Notes: generated by a model from the letters alone, not told the origin. DNA of 64,000 bases from Oligoflexia bacterium (GCA_963758495.1 CAVWVI010000003.1:1376001-1440000); one strand, 5' to 3'. Counted from the stretch's first letter, positions 28,978-39,903 are shown. Program-made: numbers and translations.

Positions 28978-29886
28978 ATGCATCAAAAAGCAAAGCCATC
29001 TCCTTGGCATTCACTCTCTCTTTCTATTGTTGCGCACCTTCTCGTTTTATTGATCGCTATGTTTCTAATCCGGATTCCACCTCCTCAAGATAAATATATT
29101 CCATCCATTCAAGTTGAACTGATAGAAAATAAGTCTCACGAAAAATCATCATCAAACGGAAAAAAAGACCACCCTTTAACAAATCAAAGCTCAACTACAG
29201 CTCACACTCAACAGAATGGACACAAAAAACATGTTTCAATCAAAGACCTTGGCATTCATATTCATGGTTTGAAAAAAGAAAAGAACGAAGGAGAGGGTAA
29301 TCCAAGCGATCTATTAGATGGAACTGGTTTTCAAGCCGGTAATAGCTACAAATCCGCAACTGATAAAAACGTCACTCTCTACCATTACATTTATCAAGCC
29401 ATTGATAATAATCTCACTTACCCCTCAGAGTTCATCGACGCGAAGTTTCAAGGAACAGTGGTCACTCAGATCTATTTTGATCAAACCGGGGCGTATCTGC
29501 GCTCCAACTCCAAGTTCCAGTCTCCGCATCCTTACCTTAAAATTCATGTGATTAGAACTCTTCGAAAGGGGCTCGTTAACGCCGTCCCTGAAGCGATTAA
29601 TAAAATCCGAAAACCTTTTTTTCTAAACTGCTCTTTCCGCTTTTATTTCACTGAGAACGGTAACCAGGATCTGGTCAAATCTCAGAAATTTATCGTTGGA
29701 AATCAGCTATTTTTCTATCGATCCGTCCATAAATCAGCACTAGAGTGGGATCTGGGCCCCCTTCATGGGGTAGGGCCACTCGCAAATTTAAATCTTCTTT
29801 GGTTTTTCGAAAAGGGCCACGACCTTCTGTCAAAAAAAGTTAAATTCAGTCCACTCGAAAAGTATCAGGATGATCCCGAATGGTAA
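28978..29886 (+). CDS. TonB/TolA-like energy-transducer family protein
   Basis: N-terminal TM with SxxxH (SIVAH), low-complexity linker, YP...GTV...F...G TonB_C-like domain. Confidence 0.6.
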   Translation: MHQKAKPSPWHSLSLSIVAHLLVLLIAMFLIRIPPPQDKYIPSIQVELIENKSHEKSSSNGKKDHPLTNQSSTTAHTQQNGHKKHVSIKDLGIHIHGLKKEKNEGEGNPSDLLDGTGFQAGNSYKSATDKNVTLYHYIYQAIDNNLTYPSEFIDAKFQGTVVTQIYFDQTGAYLRSNSKFQSPHPYLKIHVIRTLRKGLVNAVPEAINKIRKPFFLNCSFRFYFTENGNQDLVKSQKFIVGNQLFFYRSVHKSALEWDLGPLHGVGPLANLNLLWFFEKGHDLLSKKVKFSPLEKYQDDPEW

Positions 29887-29909
29887 GTAGTTCCTTTAGG
29901 GCTGTTGAC

Positions 29910-29981
29910 AAGCACTGCAAGGAGTCCTATTGCGCCGTAAAGATTTGGATTCCCGGCGCAACAGGACTCCTTGCAGTGCTT
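29910..29981. repeat. long hairpin (28-bp arms, 1 mismatch, 16-nt loop); REP/MITE-like or bidirectional terminator
   Basis: AAGCACTGCAAGGAGTCCTATTGCGCCG ... CGGCGCAACAGGACTCCTTGCAGTGCTT, between convergent genes. Confidence 0.85.
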
Positions 29982-30029
29982 ACCCCGAATGGTAGCTTTC
30001 TCAAAAGACTTGAGACTTGGCTTCAACAG

Positions 30030-30434
30030 TCAATCGACGAATAATCGAATCCCCAAAGTGTCGCAAAGAATTCTCATATCACCATCCCTCGACCATAATT
30101 CAGCATTCAGTTTTTTAGCAGTGAGTGCGATTAGAGCATCATTTTGAAGTGACGCAAGATTCGGCCCTTTATGTGTATTCCAAAAAAGCTTACGAATCAA
30201 ATCTGCTGCACTAGACCAATCTTCCTCATCAGGAGGAGCGGCCACAGGGGCTATACTTTTGTTTAAACTCAACTCCCAAGGTGAACCGGGACGCACTCCT
30301 CTACGAAGTTCATGCAGTGTAACAGGTGAAATAATGGGGGCTCGACCTGAAAGAAGAGCATTCCATGTCTTATCATCGATAGCGCCTCTTAAACGACGAA
30401 TGATGATATTCGTATCAATCAAGAGAAAGCTCAT
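30030..30434 (-). CDS. vapC: PIN-domain (VapC-like) toxin
   Basis: LIDTNII, ELRRG, NDALIA, SRD acidic tetrad. Confidence 0.88.
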   Translation of the reverse strand: MSFLLIDTNIIIRRLRGAIDDKTWNALLSGRAPIISPVTLHELRRGVRPGSPWELSLNKSIAPVAAPPDEEDWSSAADLIRKLFWNTHKGPNLASLQNDALIALTAKKLNAELWSRDGDMRILCDTLGIRLFVD

Positions 30435-30697
30435 CGAAGGCTTTCTAGGTCAAAATCATTCAAATCAAAGTTTTCTTGTATAGCAGTCATCCACTTATCA
30501 AATTCAGATCGCGCTAATTTCTCTCTCACAAGATCATTTATAATTTCAGACTCTGTCATGCTTGAAGGATAAAGCTCTTTAAGTTCCCGAACTTTCGATC
30601 GTGGAATACGCCCCGAAAATACTTTGGTCTTTGTTTCAGTGGCTGACCTTAATGATTTTCGACCCGCTGGCTTAGTTCGAGCCAATAGTTTTTTCAT
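30431..30697 (-). CDS. putative antitoxin
   Basis: 88 aa, ATGA overlap with the PIN gene, RHH-like strand-helix-helix pattern, acidic tail. Confidence 0.7.
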   Translation of the reverse strand: MKKLLARTKPAGRKSLRSATETKTKVFSGRIPRSKVRELKELYPSSMTESEIINDLVREKLARSEFDKWMTAIQENFDLNDFDLESLR

Positions 30698-30725
30698 GTC
30701 TACAATATTACAATACTTGTAGACA
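30697..30725. promoter_or_regulatory. putative TA operator inverted repeat
   Basis: TGTCTACAA-N11-TTGTAGACA abutting the antitoxin start codon. Confidence 0.65.
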
Positions 30726-30778
30726 AATAATCAAGACCCTTTATATTGATCTAGAAGTCGCCGATTGAGACGACCACC

Positions 30779-33667
30779 TTATTCATAAGACTCAACAGGA
30801 GGACACCCACAAATTAAATTGCGATCCCCCAAGACATTATTAATTCGTCCGACTGAGGGCCAAAATTTATTATCACGAACGGAAGGCATTGGAAAAACCG
30901 CTCTCTCTCTCGAATAAGGAAAAGTCCATTCGGTTTTCACTGCCACTTCCATAGTATGAGGAGCATTTTTTAATAAATTATTCTGTCTATCCGCTTTACC
31001 TTTTTCGATTTCAGCAATCTCTTCACGAATCGAAATCATAGCGTCACAGAATCGGTCCAACTCTGCTTTAGATTCGCTTTCCGTAGGCTCAACCATCAAT
31101 GTACCTGCCACTGGAAATGAGATGGTCGGTGCGTGAAAACCATAATCCATCAACCGTTTCGCCACATCCTCGACTTCTACCCCAGAAGTATTTTTTAGAT
31201 TTCTTAAATCGAAAATACATTCATGAGCAACATATCCATTCTTCCCTTGATAAAGCACCGGATAATATTCGCTTAAACGTTTCGCTATATAATTAGCATT
31301 GAGAATTGCAACCTGAGTGGCTAGTGTGAGACCAGCGGCTCCCATCATTGAAATATACATCCAAGAGATAGGAAGAATACTGGCGCTTCCCCATGGAGCA
31401 GCAGAAACAGGGCCAATTCGCGTTTGATTCTCACCAAAAACAACTGGATGGCCAGGTAGAAATGATGCCAAGTGAGCTGCAACTCCAATAGGACCCATTC
31501 CAGGTCCTCCACCCCCGTGAGGGATACAAAATGTTTTATGCAAATTGAGATGACAGACATCGGGTCCAAATTCGCCAGGTCGACAGAGGCCAATTTGGGC
31601 ATTCATATTGGCGCCATCCATGTAAACTTGTCCGCCATTTTCATGAATGATAGAACAAATATCGCGAATGCCTTCTTCAAACACCCCGTGAGTAGAAGGA
31701 TAAGTGACCATAAGAGCAGCAAGCTGATTGCGATGCTCATGTGCTTTCACTCTTAAGTCTTCCAAATTCACATTTCCGCTCTCGTCACATTCCACTACAA
31801 TGACTTTTAACCCCGCCATCACCGCACTTGCCGGATTCGTACCATGTGCAGATTTTGGAATCAGACAAATATTTCGATGCTGCTCCCCACGTGAAGCATG
31901 ATATTTTCGGATGACCAGTAAACCTGCATATTCACCCTGCGATCCCGCATTAGGCTGCAAGGAAACTGCAGAAAATCCGGTAATTTCTTTTAACATATCT
32001 TCCAACTGTTTCAGCATGATTCGATAACCCGCCACCTGCTCTAATGAAACAAAGGGATGGATTTTGGAGAACTCAGGCCATGTGATCGGTAGCATTTCAC
32101 TGGTAGCATTTAATTTCATGGTACAGGAACCCAAGGGGATCATGGAATGGGCTAAAGAAAGATCTTTGGACTGCAATTTAAAAATATATCTCAACATCTC
32201 TGTTTCAGATCGATGAGTATTAAATACAGGATGTTTGAGGTAAGAACTTTTTCTATAATGTGAAGATCGAAATAATTTGGCTTCCTGATGAGGGAGTTCT
32301 GCTAATTTAAAATTAAATTTTTTCTGTGCAGGTTGTGCAAATACCTCTAAAAGCTCTTGAATGTCTTCCTCAGAAGTAGTCTCATCTAATGAAATAGTTA
32401 AAATTCCTGCATCTAGAACTCTTAAATTGATTTGTCGGGCTCGTGCCTGACCTAAGATCGCCTCCATCTCTTTCTGTCCGACAGAAACCCGCAAGGTATC
32501 AAAAAAATAATGATCACCTGTTTCATAGCCCAGACGTTGGAGTCCATCACTCAATAAAGATGCGAGCCGATGAATCCTTTCTGCAATTTTAAAAATACCT
32601 TCAGGGCCATGATATACAGCGTACATTGAAGCAATAACCGCCAAGAGAACCTGAGCCGTACAGATATTGCTAGTTGCCTTGTCTCTTCTGATATGTTGCT
32701 CACGGGTTTGTAGCGCAAGACGGATCGCTGCCTTTCCGTTTACATCACGAGAGACTCCCACGATACGTCCCGGAAGTTGGCGCTTAAATTCTTCTTTAGT
32801 TGCAAAAAATGCGGCATGAGGACCTCCAAACCCGAGAGGAACACCAAAGCGCTGAGAATTTCCAACAGCAATATCGGCTCCCAACTCTCCAGGAGGAGTT
32901 AAAAGCGCAAGACTTAAAAGATCCGCCGCCATCACCACCCAACCACCCTGTTGGTGAACTTGATCTATGCATGCCTTGTAATCATGAATGACTCCATCCG
33001 TTGCAGGATATTGAAGAAGAGCACCAAAAATGGATGTATTTCGTTCAAGCTTTCGATGATCACCGACGATGATTGTAATACCCAAAGGCTCTGCACGGGT
33101 TCTCACTACGGCAAGTGTCTGCGGATGACAGCTCTCCGAAACAAAGAATGCTCGATTTAAATCTTTTCCACTCATGGCAAAACACATCGCCATAGCCTCA
33201 GCAGCGGCCGTTCCTTCATCGAGCATCGAGGCATTAGCAACCGGGAATCCCGTTAACTCCATGATCATCGTCTGAAAATTAAGAAGAGCTTCGAGTCGTC
33301 CTTGCGCTATCTCCGCTTGGTAGGGCGTATACTGAGTATACCAACCTGGATTCTCTAGTATATTTCTTTGAATCACAGGTGGGGTGATGCAATCGGCATA
33401 TCCCATTCCAATATACGAGCGATAAACTTGATTCTTTAAGGCTACCTTTTTGAGTTCAGCTAAGACTTCAAACTCACTTCGACTCGGACCTAGTTGTAAT
33501 TTCTGTCGAGTACGAATCTGCTCCGGAACCGTATATGAAACCAGTTCTTCAAGAGATTTTAAACCAAAATATTGGAGCATTTTCTGAATATCATCCTCAC
33601 GGGGTCCTATATGACGATTAACAAATGAGTCTGAATGCTCCAACGACGGTCTTATTTTATGATTCAT
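30779..33667 (-). CDS. gcvP: glycine dehydrogenase (P protein, single chain)
   Basis: [32 protein letters not shown]. Confidence 0.98.
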   Translation of the reverse strand: MNHKIRPSLEHSDSFVNRHIGPREDDIQKMLQYFGLKSLEELVSYTVPEQIRTRQKLQLGPSRSEFEVLAELKKVALKNQVYRSYIGMGYADCITPPVIQRNILENPGWYTQYTPYQAEIAQGRLEALLNFQTMIMELTGFPVANASMLDEGTAAAEAMAMCFAMSGKDLNRAFFVSESCHPQTLAVVRTRAEPLGITIIVGDHRKLERNTSIFGALLQYPATDGVIHDYKACIDQVHQQGGWVVMAADLLSLALLTPPGELGADIAVGNSQRFGVPLGFGGPHAAFFATKEEFKRQLPGRIVGVSRDVNGKAAIRLALQTREQHIRRDKATSNICTAQVLLAVIASMYAVYHGPEGIFKIAERIHRLASLLSDGLQRLGYETGDHYFFDTLRVSVGQKEMEAILGQARARQINLRVLDAGILTISLDETTSEEDIQELLEVFAQPAQKKFNFKLAELPHQEAKLFRSSHYRKSSYLKHPVFNTHRSETEMLRYIFKLQSKDLSLAHSMIPLGSCTMKLNATSEMLPITWPEFSKIHPFVSLEQVAGYRIMLKQLEDMLKEITGFSAVSLQPNAGSQGEYAGLLVIRKYHASRGEQHRNICLIPKSAHGTNPASAVMAGLKVIVVECDESGNVNLEDLRVKAHEHRNQLAALMVTYPSTHGVFEEGIRDICSIIHENGGQVYMDGANMNAQIGLCRPGEFGPDVCHLNLHKTFCIPHGGGGPGMGPIGVAAHLASFLPGHPVVFGENQTRIGPVSAAPWGSASILPISWMYISMMGAAGLTLATQVAILNANYIAKRLSEYYPVLYQGKNGYVAHECIFDLRNLKNTSGVEVEDVAKRLMDYGFHAPTISFPVAGTLMVEPTESESKAELDRFCDAMISIREEIAEIEKGKADRQNNLLKNAPHTMEVAVKTEWTFPYSRERAVFPMPSVRDNKFWPSVGRINNVLGDRNLICGCPPVESYE

Positions 33668-33728
33668 GAGAAATTACTCATATCAAACTTTTTTATAAAA
33701 AAAAGCCTTGACGTAAATTCTCATAAAG

Positions 33729-34166
33729 TTGCTTGTGATGTATCGTTCGCTGGGGGTATGTTATTCCGGTAACTTCGATAGCGTAATGCGGGATAACTCA
33801 CTTCAAATGCAAAATAGATCTTTTGATACAAGAACTGCTATTTCTACAGCAAAGACGTCAACTCATAAATCATCTACAGCGAAGGCGACGCCCGCTAAAG
33901 ATGATTTAAGTCGCACATTTAATACAGCTTTAGTTTCAACTCAAGCAGGGGGAAAAAGAGATTTTTCCCATGAGCTTTTTGAGCTCACTCAACAAGCTCC
34001 TTTTAAAGCGATCCTCAGCGCAGTCAGACAGCTCGCTCGAGTTCAAGGAATCGATGAGCGACTCGCTGCAGAACAGGTGATTGAAACCTTTCGCAAAGTG
34101 GATAATGTTTGGAAAGACTATGTCTTTCAAGAAGGACTGGATCGTATTCGTGGACCGAGAAGATAA
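33729..34166 (+). CDS. hypothetical protein
   Basis: Open frame in an otherwise intergenic gap; start uncertain. Confidence 0.55.
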   Translation: MLVMYRSLGVCYSGNFDSVMRDNSLQMQNRSFDTRTAISTAKTSTHKSSTAKATPAKDDLSRTFNTALVSTQAGGKRDFSHELFELTQQAPFKAILSAVRQLARVQGIDERLAAEQVIETFRKVDNVWKDYVFQEGLDRIRGPRR

Positions 34167-34189
34167 TGATTCTGCTCAAGGGATTTTCC

Positions 34190-35029
34190 TTAGGTTTTTA
34201 ATATAAAATCCCAGGGAACTTGAACTTCACGGTTCTGATCAATCATACCCTTAGGTGGATTAGGGAATGGACCTGCTTGATTAAAAGCACCAATAGCAGC
34301 AGCATCTAAATCACTGATACCAGATTCACTCACGAGTTGAACTCGAGTAATTTCTCCGGTTTCATTTAAAAAAACGAGTACTCGAGTGAGGTGCTCCATA
34401 TCACTTGCTAACTTGCGACCCGATCGATGGAACTGTAAAAGCTTTTCTCTAAGAATAGGAATCCAGGCTTGATCTAAACGACTCCTAATTCTTTGAAAAT
34501 ATCCATAATATTTGTACTCTCTTGTATTCAAAGCAGTGCGGTCAGATTCTTTCATACCGTCAACAAAATCCTCTGGACGAGAGCCCAACGTTGCCCAATT
34601 GGGCTGATCCAAATCTGCTTTTGGCGCACGCGGAATAAGAGGTAATCCCAAACTACTGATAGAAGTTGATTTAACGGGTTCATTTACAGACCGATTCAGA
34701 GACTTTTTTGGCATTTTGGGGGTCGATCCCATTGCCGTCATCTTATTTTTACTCACGGTCTCACGATCTACGGTTTGATTTTGCCACCCTAAAAAGGATT
34801 TTGGCTCTGGAGTTGTCACTTTATTGCCAGGAGAGGTCTGTACTATTTTGTTGCGAGTTTTATCTAAGGGCTGCGGCAGTTTCTTCGTCTGCGTAGGAAT
34901 CAAATTGACAAAAAGAGGTGGGTTAACCCGATTTTTGGCTGCTTGCTGCTTTATTATAATTCCACATATTCCAAATACGATGAAGAATAAAACGTGTAGA
35001 ACTATTGATCCGAATAAAAAGCGACGCAG
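34190..35029 (-). CDS. TonB family protein (probable CTG start at 35029)
   Basis: T.LNTREYKYYGYFQRIR...W, SG...LD..A..A...AGPFPNPP. In-frame upstream TM helix LRRFLFGSIVLHVLFF with an AAGGGAG RBS before CTG. Confidence 0.8.
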   Translation of the reverse strand: MRRFLFGSIVLHVLFFIVFGICGIIIKQQAAKNRVNPPLFVNLIPTQTKKLPQPLDKTRNKIVQTSPGNKVTTPEPKSFLGWQNQTVDRETVSKNKMTAMGSTPKMPKKSLNRSVNEPVKSTSISSLGLPLIPRAPKADLDQPNWATLGSRPEDFVDGMKESDRTALNTREYKYYGYFQRIRSRLDQAWIPILREKLLQFHRSGRKLASDMEHLTRVLVFLNETGEITRVQLVSESGISDLDAAAIGAFNQAGPFPNPPKGMIDQNREVQVPWDFILKT

Positions 35030-35077
35030 ACGTCAACTCCCTTGTTAGATGTATTACTACTCTAAAGGGGATCGGTA

Positions 35078-37762
35078 CTATTCCTGATCTTCTTTAAAAA
35101 AATCACTTTGACTCTCAGATTTCATCGGTCCGGTACCGACTGTTTCCGTAGGCTGAGTTCCTTCAACAAAAGCTTCTTTAATTGCAGTAGACGAATTCGG
35201 AGAGGCTAATTTGCCCGAAGTTGCATCAATACTCGCAAAAACAACTCCAGGCGGTACTATAAAATCAGCCTCAGGATAAGATTTAATGGCTTCTTTCATA
35301 AAGCTAAGCCAAATAGGAAGGGCCGCTCGTGCTCCGGTTTCTAATGGCCCAATACTTTTTTGATTATCAAATCCAACCCATACACCAGTCACTACTTGGG
35401 GAGTAAATCCCATAAACCATGCATCTAAATAATCATTCGTAGTTCCAGTCTTACCCGCGGACATACGACCCAGATTCTGAGCACCATGTCCGGTTCCAAA
35501 TGTAACCACCTCTTTCATGAGATGGGTCATCACAAAAGCAATACGTGGGTCTAACACTTGACTAGGATCGTCTGGCAACGGGTAAGTAGGAAAGACCACC
35601 TTAGAAGAAACGGGCTGCACCTGGTTTTGCGCCTGGTCAATACTGCCAGAAACCTTGGTATTGGTATTGGTATCGGTATCGATATCCGACTTGGAACTGA
35701 CAGGGATTTGCTTTTCAAGTGACAATGGCCGAAGGTCTGCCTCTTCCAAAACTTGACCTTCTCTACTCATTACCTTTGAAATAAAAATAGGAGTCACTTT
35801 TTTACCTAGCCTAGGGAAAAGAGCATAAGTACGGGTCAAGTCGATCAGCGACATCGAAGCACTCCCTAGAGCGATGGATAAATCTGCGTTGAGCTGAACA
35901 TTCATACCCAGTCGTTTTGCATACTCAATCACATAGGGCACTTGAACAGCTTGAAGAATTTTAATGGTTGGAATATTTCTGGACTTAATGAGGGCTTGTC
36001 TAAAAATAGTATCACCATAAAATTTTTCTTCAAAATTGCTCGGCTTCCAAGAACCTATTCCGTCAGAATCTCTAAAAACGATGGGAGAATCTAAGATGAC
36101 AGAGGCAGGAGTAAATCCTTTTTCTAATGCTGATGAATAAATAATGGGCTTAAAGGCAGACCCCACCTGTCGAATCGCTTGAGTCGCGCGATTGAATTCT
36201 GATTTATCAAAATCATAACCTCCTACCATTGCCAAGACACTACCGGTTTTTACATCAATCGAAAGAAGACTTCCTTGCACTACAGGCTCTTGCTCAAGAG
36301 CTACTTTTACAGGTCCATTGGGTTCTAAGTCACTTCCACTCCCTGCCAAACTCACCCAAATCACATCACCTTTTTTGAAAACATTTGACGGCAAACTAGG
36401 CTCGAAGCGTGGGGTCTGGGGATTTTTGTCATTACGGGGAGCCTTTGCCCAACGCATTTGATCAATGGATAACTCTCCTTGAATAGCACCTATCATCACA
36501 TGTGCAGTTTTATTTCGATTATCGAAGCTAGTCACCACCGCTTGATACATTTGATCTGGCTCAAGAAGTTCAGCGTCTGATTGCATCCCCGCAAAATGCA
36601 TCGCCTCAATCGAGTCCAGGCGACCATCTGGCAGAAATAATTTAAAATGAAGTCTATTCTCAATTAAGGCTATTCTCGACTCCTTAAGAAAATTCTCAAT
36701 TTCCTTTGTGTTATTGAGAAATTTAATGGGCCCCCGATAGCCATTCCGTTTATCAATAGCAAGAAGACCATCACGAACCGCTTTCTTTGCAGCGAGAGAA
36801 AGTTCCGCATTGGTCGGGACCGTAACGGTTAAGCCCTCTTCATAAACTGCCTTCTCTCCATATTTTTCAACTAAATATTTTCTAATATGCTCTACATAAT
36901 AAGGAGCAAATCGATTATTCAGATCATCCCCATGAAAAATTTTCAGGGATTGGGCCGCTGCTTCTTTCATTTGCGCTTGCGTAATATATTTATTATCAAC
37001 CATACGACGTAAAACATAGAGTTGACGTTCTTTTGCCTTCTTTGGACTTAAAAGTGGACTATATTTACCTGGCGCCTGTGGCATTCCGGCAAGAAGTGCT
37101 GATTCCGCTAAGGTGATTTCGGAAATATCTTTTCCGAAATAGGTCCTACTTGCTGATTGAACCCCATAGGCACCATGTCCTAAATAGATTTGATTCAAAT
37201 ATAAATAAAGGATCTGCTGTTTAGTTAGATTTTTTTCAATTCTGTTAGCTAAGATTAATTCCTTAATTTTTCTATCTAGACTTTTTTCTCTTTGTTCCGA
37301 GATCAATAAAAGTGACTTCGCAACCTGTTGGGTAATCGTACTACCACCCTGTACGACACGACCCGCTTTAAAATTAGCTATTCCAGCCCGTATAATGCTA
37401 AAAACATTTACGCCAGGGTGTTCAAAGAATCGATCATCTTCCGCAGAAACAAATGCCTTAACTATACTGTCAGGAATTTTGTCATAGGGGATGAGATAAC
37501 GGCGCTCTTTAAAAAACTCACCTATTTCTGCTTCCCCTTTTCCACCCGTGCCAAACACTTGAGTGACACCTAAGGGATGGTAATCTGCTACGGTAATAAT
37601 TTTTGGTAAATTACGGGAGAAATACCAGTAAATTCCAGTTGCACCTACCATAGCTAAAAGTGTTCCAGCCACCAATGAAATAAAAAAAGCTTTCACAATC
37701 CAATCGCTCTCTTTTTGTTTTAAAGAGCTAGGCTCCATCCTCTTTTGAGAATCCATTCTCAT
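35078..37762 (-). CDS. mrcA: class A penicillin-binding protein 1A
   Basis: EDDRFFEHPG, GGSTITQQ, RKIKE; SAFK, SRN, KTGT. Confidence 0.95.
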   Translation of the reverse strand: MRMDSQKRMEPSSLKQKESDWIVKAFFISLVAGTLLAMVGATGIYWYFSRNLPKIITVADYHPLGVTQVFGTGGKGEAEIGEFFKERRYLIPYDKIPDSIVKAFVSAEDDRFFEHPGVNVFSIIRAGIANFKAGRVVQGGSTITQQVAKSLLLISEQREKSLDRKIKELILANRIEKNLTKQQILYLYLNQIYLGHGAYGVQSASRTYFGKDISEITLAESALLAGMPQAPGKYSPLLSPKKAKERQLYVLRRMVDNKYITQAQMKEAAAQSLKIFHGDDLNNRFAPYYVEHIRKYLVEKYGEKAVYEEGLTVTVPTNAELSLAAKKAVRDGLLAIDKRNGYRGPIKFLNNTKEIENFLKESRIALIENRLHFKLFLPDGRLDSIEAMHFAGMQSDAELLEPDQMYQAVVTSFDNRNKTAHVMIGAIQGELSIDQMRWAKAPRNDKNPQTPRFEPSLPSNVFKKGDVIWVSLAGSGSDLEPNGPVKVALEQEPVVQGSLLSIDVKTGSVLAMVGGYDFDKSEFNRATQAIRQVGSAFKPIIYSSALEKGFTPASVILDSPIVFRDSDGIGSWKPSNFEEKFYGDTIFRQALIKSRNIPTIKILQAVQVPYVIEYAKRLGMNVQLNADLSIALGSASMSLIDLTRTYALFPRLGKKVTPIFISKVMSREGQVLEEADLRPLSLEKQIPVSSKSDIDTDTNTNTKVSGSIDQAQNQVQPVSSKVVFPTYPLPDDPSQVLDPRIAFVMTHLMKEVVTFGTGHGAQNLGRMSAGKTGTTNDYLDAWFMGFTPQVVTGVWVGFDNQKSIGPLETGARAALPIWLSFMKEAIKSYPEADFIVPPGVVFASIDATSGKLASPNSSTAIKEAFVEGTQPTETVGTGPMKSESQSDFFKEDQE

Positions 37763-38802
37763 GGGTTGCCACTCCTTTCAGAGTCGATTTCAGGCAATCC
37801 CACTAAACGTCGGATTTCTGAAATATTTTTAATGATCGCCCTTTTACCTTGAAACGCGGCATCAGTTCTTTTTTGAAAGTCCATATAACCTATTCCAAAA
37901 ACATTGGGTCTGATCACCAGATCAGCTTGTTTAAGCTCATCTAAAGCGGGCGCCTCATCAGCACTATTCAAAACATCAACTACGATAATAGGCCCCATTC
38001 CCAAATTCTTTGCCTCAGTAATCAGGAAAGGGCGAGTACTTCCTGCAGACACACCTTCGCCTGGATTGTCATTACGTGGGTTATCATTACCCTGATTGGC
38101 GTTATCTAAAAGATCTCCTGGCGTAAAAACTTCTGGATTAGCAATTGCTGCACGAATAATTTGGGTCACTTTGCCATGATCTAAAACGACAGGAACTCCG
38201 GATTCTTTATTTTGGATTGCGATACGAATTGGAATTTTCGCTTCGCTTAAATCTTTATTTTTAAATATTTGTTTGAGTTGTTCTTCTAGTTTTTTGCCAT
38301 CTGACAGATTACTTTTACTATTTGAAAAAAATTTCTTTGGACTACGAAAGAGACTTTCTTTAAAACTCAACAAGCCCCACTCAAACTGATTAATACTACT
38401 ACTCATCGCATACAGCGTCCCAACGAGACTCCCCATTTCGGTAGCTAAAATAGCGCCGACAGGAATCTTCGCATCTTCTAAAGCCTGAAATACACCGACA
38501 TAAGCAAAACCACGCGCCAATCCAGGGCCCAGCACTAATATGACAGGTCGGAGCTTCACAGGTTCGGGCCCGTACGTGGGAGAAATCATGGACGCAGGGG
38601 GGCCGTATGAATCAGGAGAATGAGTAGAATCTCCTGGATCTCTTGGACCAGCTGGATCTCCGGGTTCAGCGACTCCTGTTGCACCTACGAGAGGAATAGG
38701 AATTGAATTTGGCGGATGAGGTGAGATCGTAGGCTTTTGCGCCGTTGCACACCCTTGTCCAACAAGAATACATAAAAAAAAGATTAAAATATTAATTCGC
38801 AT
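37759..38802 (-). CDS. patatin-like lipoprotein, probably catalytically inactive
   Basis: Lipobox-like GQGC. VLGPGLARGFAYVGV present, but ATEMG replaces GxSxG. Start MRINIL at 38802 preferred. Confidence 0.75.
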   Translation of the reverse strand: MRINILIFFLCILVGQGCATAQKPTISPHPPNSIPIPLVGATGVAEPGDPAGPRDPGDSTHSPDSYGPPASMISPTYGPEPVKLRPVILVLGPGLARGFAYVGVFQALEDAKIPVGAILATEMGSLVGTLYAMSSSINQFEWGLLSFKESLFRSPKKFFSNSKSNLSDGKKLEEQLKQIFKNKDLSEAKIPIRIAIQNKESGVPVVLDHGKVTQIIRAAIANPEVFTPGDLLDNANQGNDNPRNDNPGEGVSAGSTRPFLITEAKNLGMGPIIVVDVLNSADEAPALDELKQADLVIRPNVFGIGYMDFQKRTDAAFQGKRAIIKNISEIRRLVGLPEIDSERSGNP

Positions 38803-38852
38803 TTTTAGTTCGCATTTAATTTCGCATTTAATTTCGCATTTTAACGATGATC

Positions 38853-39587
38853 TCAGCGTAATTTCCAATGAGCGAGAAACTCCTTATTTCCTTCAGTGCC
38901 CATGATCGGAGATTCTATCAAGCCGCACCGAATCAATCCAAGAGATTCTCCAAATCGGGACACGCGATCCACCGCTTCTTGTCGATCGATTTCGGAAGTC
39001 ACAATGCCACCTTTACCGACTTTCTCTTTCCCCACCTCAAATTGAGGCTTGATTAATGTAATCCAATCTGTCGAAGGGAGTGAGAATTGTAACAAGGCTG
39101 GTAAAATTTTCTCCACGGAAATAAAGGAAACATCCATGACAATCAAGTCAACTTTTTCCCCGATTTGCTCAAACTCCATATATCTTGCATTCACTTTTTC
39201 TTTCACGATAACACGTGCGTCATTTCTCAGAAGCCAATCCATTTGATTGTGTCCTACATCAATTGCATGAACACGCTTCACTTGACGCAATAAGAGGACA
39301 TGAGTAAATCCCCCGGTTGATGCCCCAATATCCAATGCGACTTTTCCGGTCACATCAATTTTAAATGTATCTAAGGCCGCTTGTAATTTTAAACCCCCTC
39401 TAGAAACATAGGGGTGATCTGACCCACGAATGCGAATATTTACGGATTCAGAAACTGAATGACCCGGCTTTACTGCTGGATGATCATCGACTAAGACTTT
39501 CCCCGCCAGGATGAGACTTTGGGCCCTTGCACGCGTGGGAGCCAAGCCTTTCTCAACTAAGAGCTGATCTAGCCGCTTCTTTACCAT
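38853..39587 (-). CDS. tlyA: TlyA family RNA methyltransferase
   Basis: RLDQLL, YVSRGGLKL, DIGASTGGFT, DVSFIS, LIKPQFE, GNKEFL. Start MVKKR at 39587. Confidence 0.95.
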   Translation of the reverse strand: MVKKRLDQLLVEKGLAPTRARAQSLILAGKVLVDDHPAVKPGHSVSESVNIRIRGSDHPYVSRGGLKLQAALDTFKIDVTGKVALDIGASTGGFTHVLLLRQVKRVHAIDVGHNQMDWLLRNDARVIVKEKVNARYMEFEQIGEKVDLIVMDVSFISVEKILPALLQFSLPSTDWITLIKPQFEVGKEKVGKGGIVTSEIDRQEAVDRVSRFGESLGLIRCGLIESPIMGTEGNKEFLAHWKLR

Positions 39588-39621
39588 TATTTTGAGTATG
39601 ATTCTGTTTTGGAGTTTTAGC

Positions 39622-39903
39622 TCAGTTTTTTTGATTCCCAAAAGGCTGGAGTTCAGAATGACCTTCTGCATTAGGTTTCATGAGTATTTCCACTCGCTGT
39701 TCAGCAGAACTTAAATACTCCTGGCAAACCCGAGTGAGCCTGACACCATCCTCAAACTGCTTTAAGGACTGCTCTAAACTTAATTCGCCACTTTCTAATC
39801 GCTTAACGGCCACCTGGAGCTGCTCAAGGGCTCCTTCAAATGTTGGCTTTTCTGGGGCTGAATTTGGATTTGGATTTGAACTTGAATCTGGCAAAGTACT
39901 CAT
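39622..39903 (-). CDS. xseB: exodeoxyribonuclease VII small subunit
   Basis: TFEGALEQL..V..LESGELSLEQSLKQFEDG..L...C...L..AEQRV. Confidence 0.95.
   Translation of the reverse strand: MSTLPDSSSNPNPNSAPEKPTFEGALEQLQVAVKRLESGELSLEQSLKQFEDGVRLTRVCQEYLSSAEQRVEILMKPNAEGHSELQPFGNQKN

Noticed and set aside
35655..35690. 6-bp repeats in mrcA (DTDTNTNT) and similar short repeats in the histidine kinase and atpG
   Set aside because: Short in-frame slippage in loop regions, seen in several genes here, with no evidence of a system.
38796..38841. Four TTCGCATTT units at 12-13-bp period at the patatin start
   Set aside because: Looks like local slippage duplication around the start codon. It explains the spurious KCEI N-terminal extension, with no sign of function.
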